A DNA stretch of 63,984 nucleotides, counting the filler, from an uncultured bacterium (GTDB lineage: Bacteria; CAYJRR01): NCBI GenBank assembly GCA_964372275.1. It is 10 parts of 10 records of this genome, joined end to end, with 100 filler letters (N's around TTAATTAATTAA, not from the genome) between each part and the next. Parts side by side here need not be neighbours in the genome. Positions count along the whole stretch, not along the records: positions 34,044 to 40,238 come from CAYJRR010000186.1; positions 40,339 to 46,419 come from CAYJRR010000187.1; 8 more parts are not named here. One strand, given 5' to 3'. The translations under genes were made by a program, and so were the position numbers. Of the stretch, positions 34,162 to 43,992 are shown piece after piece; position 1 is the first letter of the stretch; each line of letters starts with the position of its first letter. Under the pieces are notes generated by a model that was given only the letters and a program-made list of their open reading frames with translations, made no database searches and was not told the DNA's origin.

Positions 34162-34638
34162 ATGCCGGAGCAGAGCCTCCAAGACCGCTACGCCCCCTCC
34201 CTGCGCTGCTTCGGCTGCGGCCCGGCCAACGAGAAGGGGTTGCGCATCAAGAGCTTCCCGAAGGGCGACGACCCGGCGTCGGAGGTGGTCGCCTCGTTCG
34301 TCCCGGAGCCCCACCACCTGGCGTTCGACAACGTCCTGAACGGGGGGATCGCCGGGGCCTTGCTCGACTGCCACAGCAACTGGACGGCCTGCTGGCACCT
34401 GATGCGGAAGTCCGGCCGGGAGACCCCGCCCTGCACCGTCACCTCCGACTTCCACGTGACGCTCAAGCGTCCGACGCCGATGGACGGTACGATCCAACTG
34501 TCCGCGCGGGTGAAGGAATCGACCGACGACCGGGCGACCGTCGAGGCGACGCTCATGGCCGGCGGCAAGGTGACGGCGACCTGCACCGGCCTGTTCGTGG
34601 CGGTGAAGCCGGGGCACCCGGCGTTTCACCGCTGGTAG
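34162..34638 (+). CDS. PaaI-family hotdog thioesterase
   Basis: CFGCGPANEKGL, VLNGGIAGALLD, C-terminal HPAFHRW. Confidence 0.85.
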   Translation: MPEQSLQDRYAPSLRCFGCGPANEKGLRIKSFPKGDDPASEVVASFVPEPHHLAFDNVLNGGIAGALLDCHSNWTACWHLMRKSGRETPPCTVTSDFHVTLKRPTPMDGTIQLSARVKESTDDRATVEATLMAGGKVTATCTGLFVAVKPGHPAFHRW

Positions 34639-34860
34639 CCCGACGGAACCGAGGTGGCGGAGCCGCCACGTCGTCAGGCCGCGTCGGAGCCGACGCGGTC
34701 GCCGCCGGGAGCGCCGGCCCCGGGGGTCCTTCGGCTGGAACCTCTTGATCCACGCCGGGTTCCCCCGCTAGGCTGCCTTTTCTTCCGCGGGCCCGTGACT
34801 TTCCCCCGGAAGGCGCGTTGTTCGAACAGACCGTTTCAACCCCTCGCGAGGTAGACATCC

Positions 34861-35514
34861 ATGGGTTTCTTCTCGGCGGTAAGTCATCACTGGCACGGCG
34901 GCGGCATCTGGATGTACCCGATCGCCCTGATCGGCCTGTTCGGGATCGCGGTGGCGATCGAGCGGTTCATGGTGCTGTTCATGAAGTCGAACATCAATCG
35001 CGACGGCTTCGTGGCCCAGCTGACGACCCTCATCGTCTCCGGGAACCTCGACAAGGCGATCAAGTTCGTCACCGGTCAGCCGGCGACCCCGCTGACCAAC
35101 GTCGTCAAGGCCGGCCTGATGAAGGTCAACAAGACCGACGCCGAGGTGCAGTCGGCCCTCGACGAGGCGACGCTGCGCGAGCTGCCGAAGCTCGAGAAGC
35201 GGACCGGCTTCCTCGCGATGTTCGCCAACGTGGCGATGCTCGCCGGTCTGCTCGGGACGATCTTCGGGCTGATGAAGTGCTTCGCCTCGGTCGCCAAGCC
35301 CGGCGTCGATCCGGCGCTGAAATCGCAGATCCTGGCCGAAGGCATCTCGGAGGCGATGAACTGCACCGCGTTCGGTCTGTTCACCGCCATCGGCTGCCTC
35401 CTCGCCTACTCCTTCCTGAACGGCAAGACCCAGCACCTGATCGACGACATCAACGAGACGGCCGTCTCGACGCTGAACCTGGTCGTCTCCAACCGGGACA
35501 AGCTGAAGGTCTAG
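34861..35514 (+). CDS. aglR: MotA/TolQ/ExbB proton channel, AglR-like gliding motor subunit
   Basis: MYPI...ER, AMLAGLLGT, GISEAMNCT, DINET..LNL...NRDK, recalled as matching Myxococcus AglR. Confidence 0.8.
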   Translation: MGFFSAVSHHWHGGGIWMYPIALIGLFGIAVAIERFMVLFMKSNINRDGFVAQLTTLIVSGNLDKAIKFVTGQPATPLTNVVKAGLMKVNKTDAEVQSALDEATLRELPKLEKRTGFLAMFANVAMLAGLLGTIFGLMKCFASVAKPGVDPALKSQILAEGISEAMNCTAFGLFTAIGCLLAYSFLNGKTQHLIDDINETAVSTLNLVVSNRDKLKV

Positions 35515-35518
35515 GGCG

Positions 35519-36064
35519 ATGGCCGGCGTATCGATCCAGGACTCGGGTGGATCCCGAGGCAAGAAGTCGTTGGACGTCGAGATCCCTCTCGTCCCGTTCA
35601 TCGACCTTCTTTGTTCGCTGATCGTCTTCCTGCTGATGACGGCCGTCTGGACGCAGATCTCCCGGCTGGAGCTGAAGCAAGGGAACGCCGCCCCCGACCA
35701 GCTCGAGAATCCGCCTCCGGAGAAGAAGGAGCTGGTCGACCTGCGGGTCGAGGTGCACGAGAAGGGATTCACGATCGTCGAGAACAACAAGATCGAGAAC
35801 CCGATCCCCTGCACCCAGGAACCCTGCACCACCGCGGAGAAGAAGAAGAACGAGGACGGCATCGAGATCGAGGAGCTGACCTCCTTCTACGACTACGCGG
35901 TGCTGCTGACGAAGCTGAAGGAGACCAAGGACAAGTACAAGGACCAGAAGAACCTGGTCGTCGTGGTCGCCGACGGGGTCCCCTACAACGAGATGATCCA
36001 CACCATGGACACCGCGTTGGAGGCCGGGCTCGACGGACTGTCGGTATCCGGAACGCCGCTGTAA
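35519..36064 (+). CDS. aglQ: ExbD/TolR protein, AglQ-like
   Basis: GKKSLD..LVPFIDLL..FLLMTAVWTQI with the conserved TM Asp. Confidence 0.72.
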   Translation: MAGVSIQDSGGSRGKKSLDVEIPLVPFIDLLCSLIVFLLMTAVWTQISRLELKQGNAAPDQLENPPPEKKELVDLRVEVHEKGFTIVENNKIENPIPCTQEPCTTAEKKKNEDGIEIEELTSFYDYAVLLTKLKETKDKYKDQKNLVVVVADGVPYNEMIHTMDTALEAGLDGLSVSGTPL

Positions 36065-36077
36065 GGAGACTGTCCAG

Positions 36078-36656
36078 ATGCCCATCGTCGTCCCCGGCCG
36101 CCGAATCGGAACCGCCTACTCCACCAGCGCGGCGGCGAAGAAGCGGCTGCAGCACGGCAAGCGGTCGGTGAACTCGGCGCTCATGCTCACCCCGATGGTG
36201 GACATGTTCGTCATCCTCGTCCTCTACCTCATCCAGTCGTTCTCCGCGTCGGGGCAGATCCTGTTCATCGATCCGACGCTCAAGCTCCCCGACGCGAAGC
36301 GCGTCGCCGAGATGGTCGGCAATCCGCCGGTGGTGACGGTCGGCAAGACGATGATCTCGGTCCAGGGGAAACCGGTGGAGGCGACCGACCAGTTGATCAA
36401 AGACGGCTACTGGGCGGCGCCGAAGCTGGAGGAGAAGCTCAAGGAGATGCGCGACCTCTCCACCCGCGTGGCGAACGCCACCGGCGGCCAGGTGACGACC
36501 GAGAGCGCCCAGGGCGTCCTCCTCCTGCAGGCCGACGTAAACGTTCCCTACATGCTGGTGAAGAAGGTGCTGTTCACCGCGAACAAGACCGGCTTCACCC
36601 AGGTCAACTTCGCCACCAACCGCAAGGCGTCGACCGAAGTCGCCGTCGCGGAGTAG
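36078..36656 (+). CDS. aglS: ExbD/TolR protein, AglS-like
   Basis: MPIVVPGRR, LTPMVDMFVILVLYLIQSFSASG, LEEKL, VNFA. Confidence 0.72.
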   Translation: MPIVVPGRRIGTAYSTSAAAKKRLQHGKRSVNSALMLTPMVDMFVILVLYLIQSFSASGQILFIDPTLKLPDAKRVAEMVGNPPVVTVGKTMISVQGKPVEATDQLIKDGYWAAPKLEEKLKEMRDLSTRVANATGGQVTTESAQGVLLLQADVNVPYMLVKKVLFTANKTGFTQVNFATNRKASTEVAVAE

Positions 36657-37309
36657 TGAGCGTCCCTCCGCCCCGCAAGATCGTCACCTGGAGCCGGCGG
36701 GTCCAGCGGTGGTTCATCGCCGGGCTGGTGCTGCTGGCGCCCAGCGTCCTCACCTTCTGGGCGCTGTTCAAGATCGTCGACCTCGTCGACAAGCCGGTGC
36801 GCAACGCCGTGCTTTCGCTCACCGGCCTCAAGCTTCCCGGGATCGGCCTCGGCTTCACGCTGCTGATCATCATCGTCACCGGCGCCATCGTCTCGACCTT
36901 CGCCGTGAAGGGGACGATCGCCTGGTTCGAAGGGCTGCTCGACCGCATCCCGCTGGTCCGGACCCTCTACTCCGCGGTGAAGCAGCTGCTGGCGCCGTTC
37001 GGCGAGGAGAAGTCGACGCCGTTCCGGCAGGTGGTGATGGTCGAGTTCCCGAACGACGGCTCCTATTCGCTCGGATTCCTGATCAAGCCCGACGTGGCGA
37101 TCTCCCCCGACGGGCACAGCTTGAGCGCCGTCCTCGTTCCGACCAACCACCTGCACCTCGGCAACGTCGTGCTCTACGAGTCGAAACGGATCCACTCGGT
37201 CGACATGAGCGCCGAGGAGGGGCTCAAGTTCCTGGTGTCGATGGGGATCGCCCTCGAGCACAAGCTCGCGCTCGGCGCCCGTCCGATCCACGAGCTCACG
37301 AAGGGGTGA
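36656..37309 (+). CDS. DUF502 membrane protein
   Basis: FIAGL..L.P, RIPLVRTLYSAVKQ, VEFP, EEGLKFLVSMG. Confidence 0.88.
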   Translation: MSVPPPRKIVTWSRRVQRWFIAGLVLLAPSVLTFWALFKIVDLVDKPVRNAVLSLTGLKLPGIGLGFTLLIIIVTGAIVSTFAVKGTIAWFEGLLDRIPLVRTLYSAVKQLLAPFGEEKSTPFRQVVMVEFPNDGSYSLGFLIKPDVAISPDGHSLSAVLVPTNHLHLGNVVLYESKRIHSVDMSAEEGLKFLVSMGIALEHKLALGARPIHELTKG

Positions 37310-37321
37310 GCCGGACCGGTC

Positions 37322-38632
37322 CTAGCGCCGCATCGCGAAGGCGAGCGCCGGCGGGGTCACCATGGTGGTGACGATCACCATGATCACCGCCGCGGAGAAC
37401 GTCCCGCGGTCGACGACCGGATGACCGCCGATCGTCAGCGTCATCCCGATGTTGGCGAAGATCAGCCCCACTTCGCCCCGTGGCACCATCCCGAACCCGA
37501 CGGCCCACCGCCGGATCCCCTTCCCCACCCCGAGCGCGCAGGCCTGTTTCCCGGCGATCGCGGCGACCGTGAGCGCCGCCGCCAGGACGAGGACGCCGGG
37601 ATCGGCGAAGGTGCCGAGGTCGGTCCGCATCCCCATCAGGACGAAGAAGATCGGAACCAGGAACGACGAGATCGGCCGGATCTCCTCCTCGAGCCCGTGC
37701 TCCCCCTTCGAGCGGAAGTCTCGGTAGTGCAGGTCCTCGAGGATCAACCCCGCCGCGAAGGCACCGACGATCGGCGCCAGACCGAGCAGGCTCGAAGCCC
37801 ACGCCAGCAGGAAGCAGAACGACAGTCCGGTCGCGAGCAGGACGCCGCGGCTCTTGAGCCGTGACGCGAGCTGGAACAGGCGCGGCGAGAACTTCACACC
37901 GAGCGCCAGCGAGCCGAAGAGGAACCCGCCGGCCTTGAGCAGGATCGCGGCAATCTCCCCCATCCCGAGCGTGCCCCCGGCGTTCGCAGCCCCGATCACC
38001 CCGGCGACGGCCGCCAGGATGACGAGCCCGAGCACGTCGTCGATCACCGCCGCGCCGAGGATCACGCGCGCCTCCGGCGACTGGGACGATCCCAGGTCCT
38101 TGAGGACCCGGGCGGTGATCCCGACGCTCGTCGCGGTCAGCATCGCCCCGAGGAAGACGTGGGTGTAGATCCCGGCCTCCGGGACGAGCCACGCGCCGAC
38201 CCCCCAGCCGAGCGCGAACGGGGCCGCCACCCCCAACAACGCCACGGCCAGCGACGACCACCCGACTCGCAGCATCTGGGCGACGGTCGACTCCAGCCCC
38301 ACCTCGAACAGCAGGATCAGGACCCCCAGCCGGGCCAGCATGTCGAGGTGAGGATCGGCCGGGAGGGCACCCACCCAGGCCGGACCCCACCCCCCCAAGT
38401 TGCCGAGCAACATGCCGACCAGGAGCTCCCCCAACACCGCCGGCTGCCCGATCCGGATCGCCAGGTCGCCGCCCAGCTTGGCCGCCGTGAGCACCACGAC
38501 CAGCCCCAGCGCCAACGACGCGACCGGATCGGCGTGCGCGTCGGCGGCGCCCCCCTCCGAGCCCCACCCGGGAACGGCGGACAGTACAAAAAAGGCTAAC
38601 AGAATCAATGGAATGGGTCGATTTCGAAGCAC
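37322..38632 (-). CDS. Cation:proton antiporter (CPA2/NapA family)
   Basis: GQPAVLGEL, ATSVGITARVL, AVIDDVLGL, GMVPRGEVGL; multiple TM helices. Confidence 0.92.
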   Translation of the reverse strand: MLRNRPIPLILLAFFVLSAVPGWGSEGGAADAHADPVASLALGLVVVLTAAKLGGDLAIRIGQPAVLGELLVGMLLGNLGGWGPAWVGALPADPHLDMLARLGVLILLFEVGLESTVAQMLRVGWSSLAVALLGVAAPFALGWGVGAWLVPEAGIYTHVFLGAMLTATSVGITARVLKDLGSSQSPEARVILGAAVIDDVLGLVILAAVAGVIGAANAGGTLGMGEIAAILLKAGGFLFGSLALGVKFSPRLFQLASRLKSRGVLLATGLSFCFLLAWASSLLGLAPIVGAFAAGLILEDLHYRDFRSKGEHGLEEEIRPISSFLVPIFFVLMGMRTDLGTFADPGVLVLAAALTVAAIAGKQACALGVGKGIRRWAVGFGMVPRGEVGLIFANIGMTLTIGGHPVVDRGTFSAAVIMVIVTTMVTPPALAFAMRR

Positions 38633-38715
38633 GGCCGCCGGTAGGATACCCGCTCCGGTCGGGCACCGCCAGTTGGCAACGCTCGGCCGTCGTGGTGAAC
38701 TAGCGATCCGTCGAG

Positions 38716-40083
38716 ATGGAACCCAGCGACATGTGGCGCCTGGGCGTGGCCGGCTTGCTCGTCCTCGCCAACGGGTTCTTCGTCGCGAGCGAATTCGCGA
38801 TCGTCAAGATCCGGTCGACCCGCCTCCAGGAGCTCGCGGACGAGGGGAGCGGCCGGGCCAAGACGGCCCTGAAGGTCGTCCGGCGGCTCGACGCCTACCT
38901 CTCGGCCAACCAGTTGGGGATCACCCTGGCCTCCCTGGGGCTGGGCTGGATCGGGGAGCCGGCGCTGGCCCATCTGATCGAACGGCCGCTCACCGCGATC
39001 GCCGGGAACCTGGCGGCGGCGACCTCCCACGTTCTTGCCTCGGGTCTCGCCTTCGCCGCCATCACCTTCCTGCACACCGTCGTCGGGGAGCTGGCCCCCA
39101 AGAGCCTGGCGATCGCCAAGGCCGAGCAGACGGCGCTTTGGACCGCCGCGCCGCTTCACCTCTTTTTCCGCCTTTCCTACCCGATCATCGTGACGCTGAA
39201 CGGGTTGGCCAACCTGCTCCTGCGCGCCTTCGGCCTGCCCCCGGCGACCGGCCAACGCGACGCCGTCCACTCCGAGGAGGAGCTGCGGCTGATCTTCGAG
39301 GCCTCCGCGCAAGGGGGGGGACTGTCGGAGAGCACCCGCGACCTCCTGACGAACGTCGTCGACTACACCGGGCGGGTCGCCCGCGAGGTGATGACGCCGC
39401 GCGCGCGGGTCGAGGTGCTCGACGCCCGCAAGGGGTGGGACGAGAACATCCGGGCGGCGATCGCCGGCGAGTGGACCCGCTACCCGCTGGTCGAGGGGGA
39501 GCGCGGAAAGATCATCGGGTTCGTCCACACCAAGGATCTGTTCAAGGCGGCGATGGACCCGGGCGCGTCGCGCGATCTGCGGAGCTATGCCCGCCAGCCC
39601 CTGATCGTCCCGGAGCAGATGCCGCTCGACAAGCTGCGGCGGCGCATCCAGTCGACGCGCACCCAGATGGCGCTGGTGGTCGACGAGTTCGGTTCGTTCG
39701 TCGGCGTGGTGACGCTGGAGGACTGCCTGGAGGAGATCGTCGGCGAGATCCAGGACGAGACCGACCAGGAGGCGCCCCTGATCGTGCGCGACGACGCGTC
39801 GGGGACGACCGAGGTCGACGGCTCGCTCCTCTTGGACGAGGTCCACGAAGAGGTGGGGCTCGAGATCCCGGAAGAGGAGCGCGATGGGGTCGACACCATC
39901 GGCGGCTACGTCTTCGCGCGGCTCGGCCGGCCGCCGCTGATCGGCGACGTCGTCGAAGCCGGCCGCTACCGGCTCGTCGTAACCGGCGTCGATGGCCTGC
40001 GCGTCGCGAGGCTGCGCATCACCGAGATGCCCCCGCCGCCGGAAGAGGGCGAGGAAGAGGAGAGCCCCGCCGCCGGCAAGTAG
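38716..40083 (+). CDS. HlyC/CorC (CNNM-CBS-CorC) transporter
   Basis: NGFFVASEFA, QLGIT, GELAPKS, CBS pair, VVDEFG, TIGGYV. Confidence 0.93.
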   Translation: MEPSDMWRLGVAGLLVLANGFFVASEFAIVKIRSTRLQELADEGSGRAKTALKVVRRLDAYLSANQLGITLASLGLGWIGEPALAHLIERPLTAIAGNLAAATSHVLASGLAFAAITFLHTVVGELAPKSLAIAKAEQTALWTAAPLHLFFRLSYPIIVTLNGLANLLLRAFGLPPATGQRDAVHSEEELRLIFEASAQGGGLSESTRDLLTNVVDYTGRVAREVMTPRARVEVLDARKGWDENIRAAIAGEWTRYPLVEGERGKIIGFVHTKDLFKAAMDPGASRDLRSYARQPLIVPEQMPLDKLRRRIQSTRTQMALVVDEFGSFVGVVTLEDCLEEIVGEIQDETDQEAPLIVRDDASGTTEVDGSLLLDEVHEEVGLEIPEEERDGVDTIGGYVFARLGRPPLIGDVVEAGRYRLVVTGVDGLRVARLRITEMPPPPEEGEEEESPAAGK

Positions 40084-40340
40084 GCGCCAAAGGAAACGGG
40101 ATCGCGTCCGGGATCGCGGTCGCGACCGAGGCCGAGGCGGCGACCGCTACCGCGGAGTGGCCCTTCTACCGAGATCTTCGCAGCAGGGTCATCCCTAGGG
40201 TGCGGACGCGGACGCCGGAACGGCATCCAGATCGGAAGNNNNNNNNNNNNNNNNNNNNNNNNNNNNNNNNNNNNNNNNNNNNTTAATTAATTAANNNNNN
40301 NNNNNNNNNNNNNNNNNNNNNNNNNNNNNNNNNNNNNNAT

Positions 40341-41036
40341 GACGCGGCACGGTTTTCCCGGGTGCGCGTCGGCGTCGCCCTCGGCCGGATCGCGCACGAC
40401 GCCTGGCTCGACTCGCTGGCCGCGCGCGGGGTGCCCGTGCGGCGGCGCGACCACCCCTTTGCGCACGGCTCGATCCATCGGCCGCCCGGCGCGCCGATCC
40501 TGGTCGACGCCTATCACCCGAGTCCGCTCAATACGCGCACCGGACGCCTGACCGCCGCGGCCTGGCGCCGGGTGTGGCGACGCGCCGCGCGGCTGGCCCG
40601 GGGAGGGGCCGGCGGCACGCGACCCGTGGCGACGGCCCCCCGGGGGCGCGAGGTGGGCGGCTGGTATGTCTACCTCCTCCGGTGTGGCGACGGCACGCTC
40701 TATGCCGGGGTCACGACCGACCCGGAGCGCCGCCGTGCGCAGCATGCCGGCGGCTCCGGTGCGCGATACACGCGGGGACGAGGTCCGGTGGAGATCGTCT
40801 ACCTGGAGCGTGCCCCGACCAAGGGAGCGGCGCTGTCGCGAGAATACCGAATTCGTTCGTTGAGCCGGGAGGGGAAGCTGGCCCTGGTCCAGCGTCAGCG
40901 GGCCGCGGATCCGGCGCTGGTGTCGATCACCATGTCGAACGGCGCGCCGGCGTCGTCCGCGCCGTCGTCGTCGGTCTCGCGCCGCCTCAATCCACCCGGC
41001 CGAGGATCTCCAGCGCCGCGGCGGTCAAGGCGGTGA
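40341..41036 (+). CDS. Fusion of a family-5-like uracil-DNA glycosylase C-terminal part and a YhbQ-type GIY-YIG nuclease (5' truncated)
   Basis: VALGRIAHDAWL...FAHG...YHPSPLNTRTGRLT, then in frame WYVYLLRCGDGTLYAGVTTD...GARYTRGRGPV...ALSREYRI. Confidence 0.8.
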   Translation, partial: DAARFSRVRVGVALGRIAHDAWLDSLAARGVPVRRRDHPFAHGSIHRPPGAPILVDAYHPSPLNTRTGRLTAAAWRRVWRRAARLARGGAGGTRPVATAPRGREVGGWYVYLLRCGDGTLYAGVTTDPERRRAQHAGGSGARYTRGRGPVEIVYLERAPTKGAALSREYRIRSLSREGKLALVQRQRAADPALVSITMSNGAPASSAPSSSVSRRLNPPGRGSPAPRRSRR

Positions 41037-42405
41037 TGCCGGTGCGCAGCGCGGGGTCGATCTTGGGGGCGAACAGAGGGGAGTGGAGTGACGGGAGGGG
41101 CTCCTTGGCGGCGATGGCGGCGGGATCGGCGGCGCCGAGCCACAGGAGCGACGACGGAATCCCGGCGCGCGCCAGCTCGCCGAAATCCTCCGCCCCCATC
41201 ACCGGACGGCCTTCGACCACCTTCGACTCGCCGAGGACGGTGGCGATCGCCCCGGCCAGCCGTCGCGTCAGTGCCGGATCGTTGTAGGTCGCGGACGGCC
41301 CCTCTTCGACCGTGACCTCCGGTTCGCGTGGCGCCCCGGCGGCCGACGCCTCCGCCTTGACGATGCGACGGATGGCGTCGAGCAGCTTGCGGCGGACGTC
41401 GTCGCGGTAGGAGCGGACGGTGAGCTTCAGCGTCACCCGGTCGGGGATGATGTTGTGCTTGGTGCCGCCGTGGATCGCGCCGACGGTCACCACCGCCGGG
41501 TCGAGCGGGTCGTTCTCGCGGGAGACGATCGTCTGCAGCGCGAGGACGGTGCGGCTGGCGATCACCACCGGATCGATCGCGGCGTGCGGGGCGGCGCCGT
41601 GCCCGCCCCGGCCGAAGATCGTGACGTCGACCGAATCGACGTTCGCCAGCGCGTAGCCCGAGACGTGCTCCACCGTGCCCGCCGCCGCCGTGCCCGAAAC
41701 GTGCAGCGCCACCGCATGGTCGGGACGCGGGAAGCGGGTGAACAGTCCGTCGGCGATCATCGCCTTCGCCCCCGTGCCGAGCTCTTCGGCCGGCTGCCCG
41801 ACCATCACCAGGGTCCCTCGCCATCGGGCCTTCGCGCGCGCCAGAAGGGTCGCCGCGCCGAGCCAGGAGGTCATGTGCACGTCGTGGCCGCACGCGTGCA
41901 TGACGGCGACCTTCGAGCCTTCGCGGTCGGTCGCGGTGGCCCGGCTGGCGAAGGGGAGACCGGTCCGCTCCTCGACCGGGAGGGCGTCGAGATCGGTGCG
42001 CAGGAGCGCCGTCGGACCGGCGCCGTTCCGCAGAACGGCGACGATCCCGTGCCCGCCGACGCCGGTCGTCACCTCGAATCCGAGCGCGCGCATCCGCCGG
42101 GCGAGGAGCGCCGACGTCTTGGCCTCCTGCTTCGACAACTCGGGTGCGCGGTGGAGATCGCGGTAGAGGCTCTCGAGCTCGGGAAGGAGCGGGTCGAGAG
42201 GAGCGAGGGCGGCGCGAACCGCGGCGGCGGGGGAACCGATCGGAGCCGTAGCGGTATCGGCAACCGATCCGATCGGAGCCGAGCCCGTATCGGTAGCCGA
42301 TCCGATCCGATCCCCGACGGCCGCGTTCGCGGCTACGGACGCCGTTACGGCCACGGTCGCGACCGCGACCGCCGTCGCGGGCCGAAGACGAAAGCAGCGC
42401 CTCAT
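40987..42405 (-). CDS. M20D amidohydrolase
   Basis: LHRAPELS, RTDLDALP, MHACGHDVH, QPAEE, GAEDF, LHSP. Confidence 0.93.
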   Translation of the reverse strand: MRRCFRLRPATAVAVATVAVTASVAANAAVGDRIGSATDTGSAPIGSVADTATAPIGSPAAAVRAALAPLDPLLPELESLYRDLHRAPELSKQEAKTSALLARRMRALGFEVTTGVGGHGIVAVLRNGAGPTALLRTDLDALPVEERTGLPFASRATATDREGSKVAVMHACGHDVHMTSWLGAATLLARAKARWRGTLVMVGQPAEELGTGAKAMIADGLFTRFPRPDHAVALHVSGTAAAGTVEHVSGYALANVDSVDVTIFGRGGHGAAPHAAIDPVVIASRTVLALQTIVSRENDPLDPAVVTVGAIHGGTKHNIIPDRVTLKLTVRSYRDDVRRKLLDAIRRIVKAEASAAGAPREPEVTVEEGPSATYNDPALTRRLAGAIATVLGESKVVEGRPVMGAEDFGELARAGIPSSLLWLGAADPAAIAAKEPLPSLHSPLFAPKIDPALRTGITALTAAALEILGRVD

Positions 42406-43946
42406 CGGTTCTCCTTCTCCTGCGCCGCCTCGGCGGCGATCGCCGGATCCGGGTCGTCCGCCGCCCGGCGCAACGCGTCCCGGTCGGCCGGATCGTCGCT
42501 TCCGATCGATCGAAGCGCGCGGAAGGCGGAGCGTCGGACCTCGACGTCCCGGTCGGCCGTCGCCGTCCGCAGGATCTCCCGTGACGTCGCGTCGGGAAGG
42601 CGCGGGAGCGCCGCGATCAACGCCAGGAACGGTCGCGGCGAGAGCGTCAGTCGCGGCGACGCCTCGCGCCCCGACGCGTTTCCGCCGCGCGGCCCGGCGC
42701 GGGTCACGCCTTCCGTGCGCTCGGCCGGCCGGATCCGCGCGATCAGGCGGTCTCGCACGCGCACCAGGTCGGACCCTTCGCCGAGGGAAAGCGCGGCGAT
42801 CGCCGCCTCGTCGTCGTCCGGGTGCCGGTTCAGGAGCTCCTCGAGCATCGGCAGCAGGTCGACCATGCCGGCCTTCCCGGCGAGACGCGCCGCCCGCGTC
42901 CGCCTCGCCGGGTCCTTCGACCCCAACTCGTCGGCGACGGCGCCGACCAGGTCGGGCCGCTCGAGGTAGGCCGCCGCCGCATCGACGATCTCCTCGCGAT
43001 CGCGGGCGCGCGCCCACCGGCGAAGCTCCGCCGCCGCCTCGGCCATCTCCAGGTCGGCCGGTCCTTGCGGCAGCCGCTCGCAGAAGGCGCGGACCGTCGA
43101 GCTCCCGTCGGAGAGGTCGTCGAGCGTGCCCGCGGGTCCGCCGTCGACTGCGTCGGCCGCCAGCCGGGCCAACAGCCGACACGCCCCGGCCAGCGTGTCG
43201 CGCGTGATCCCGCGTGCCTTCAGCGCTCCGGAAAGGTCGCAGCGCTCGGCGATCCCCAGCGCGAGGTACCCCTCCAGCGCGCCGGTCCGGTCGAGCCCCT
43301 TGGTGATCAACGCCTCGCCGAGGTCGAGGTCGTCGATCCGCATCAGACGCTCGACGACGTCGACCTTGGCCCAACCGTCGGTCTCGTCGAGGAGGGCGAC
43401 CAACGCGGCGCGCGCCGACGGCCGCGGGTCGTTGGCGAGCGCGGTGGTGGCGAAGAGGCTGAACTCGGGGTGGCGCGCCATCGTGCGGAAGAAGGGGATC
43501 GTCTCTTCCTCCTGGAAGGGCCCCAACATCGCCATCGACAGCTTCAGCGCGCGCACCCGGTCGGTGTGGAGCGCGATCGTGGACAGCGCATCGAAGAGCG
43601 GCTCCCAGTCGGCGAGATCGAGCCCCGAGATCCGCTCCAGGAGGTCGTCGACGATCGCCAGCGCGTCCTCCCGGTCGAGCGCTTCTTCCAGGCGCGCGAT
43701 GGCGGCGTCGTCCGGTTCGCGGTGCGACGAGATCTCGCGCACCCGCGACTCGATGCTCTCGAGGGCGTGCGCGCGGGCCGTGGGGTCGACCTCCGGCAGC
43801 CCGTGGTAGAGGGCGATGTGATCGAGTCCGCCGGGCGAGAAGCGCGCCCCCGCCTCGGCCTCCGCCCCCGGGAGCGCCAACGCCTCCGGCGGCAGCCCCG
43901 GGCGCTCCTTGCGGATCGAGCGAAGGATCTTCTCGTAGATCGCCAT
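42402..43946 (-). CDS. HEAT-repeat/helical hypothetical protein
   Basis: Helical repeats; motifs HPEFSLFA, GWAKVDVVERL, GGPAG; ATGA-coupled to the amidohydrolase. Confidence 0.75.
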   Translation of the reverse strand: MAIYEKILRSIRKERPGLPPEALALPGAEAEAGARFSPGGLDHIALYHGLPEVDPTARAHALESIESRVREISSHREPDDAAIARLEEALDREDALAIVDDLLERISGLDLADWEPLFDALSTIALHTDRVRALKLSMAMLGPFQEEETIPFFRTMARHPEFSLFATTALANDPRPSARAALVALLDETDGWAKVDVVERLMRIDDLDLGEALITKGLDRTGALEGYLALGIAERCDLSGALKARGITRDTLAGACRLLARLAADAVDGGPAGTLDDLSDGSSTVRAFCERLPQGPADLEMAEAAAELRRWARARDREEIVDAAAAYLERPDLVGAVADELGSKDPARRTRAARLAGKAGMVDLLPMLEELLNRHPDDDEAAIAALSLGEGSDLVRVRDRLIARIRPAERTEGVTRAGPRGGNASGREASPRLTLSPRPFLALIAALPRLPDATSREILRTATADRDVEVRRSAFRALRSIGSDDPADRDALRRAADDPDPAIAAEAAQEKENR

Positions 43947-43992
43947 CGGCGCGCGGAGTATAGCCGTTGGTTTCGGTGATACTGTTCCGTCC

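Noticed and set aside
38661-38680. Sigma-54 promoter before the HlyC/CorC gene (GGGCAC...TTGGC)
   Set aside because: GG-to-GC spacing is not 10 nt.
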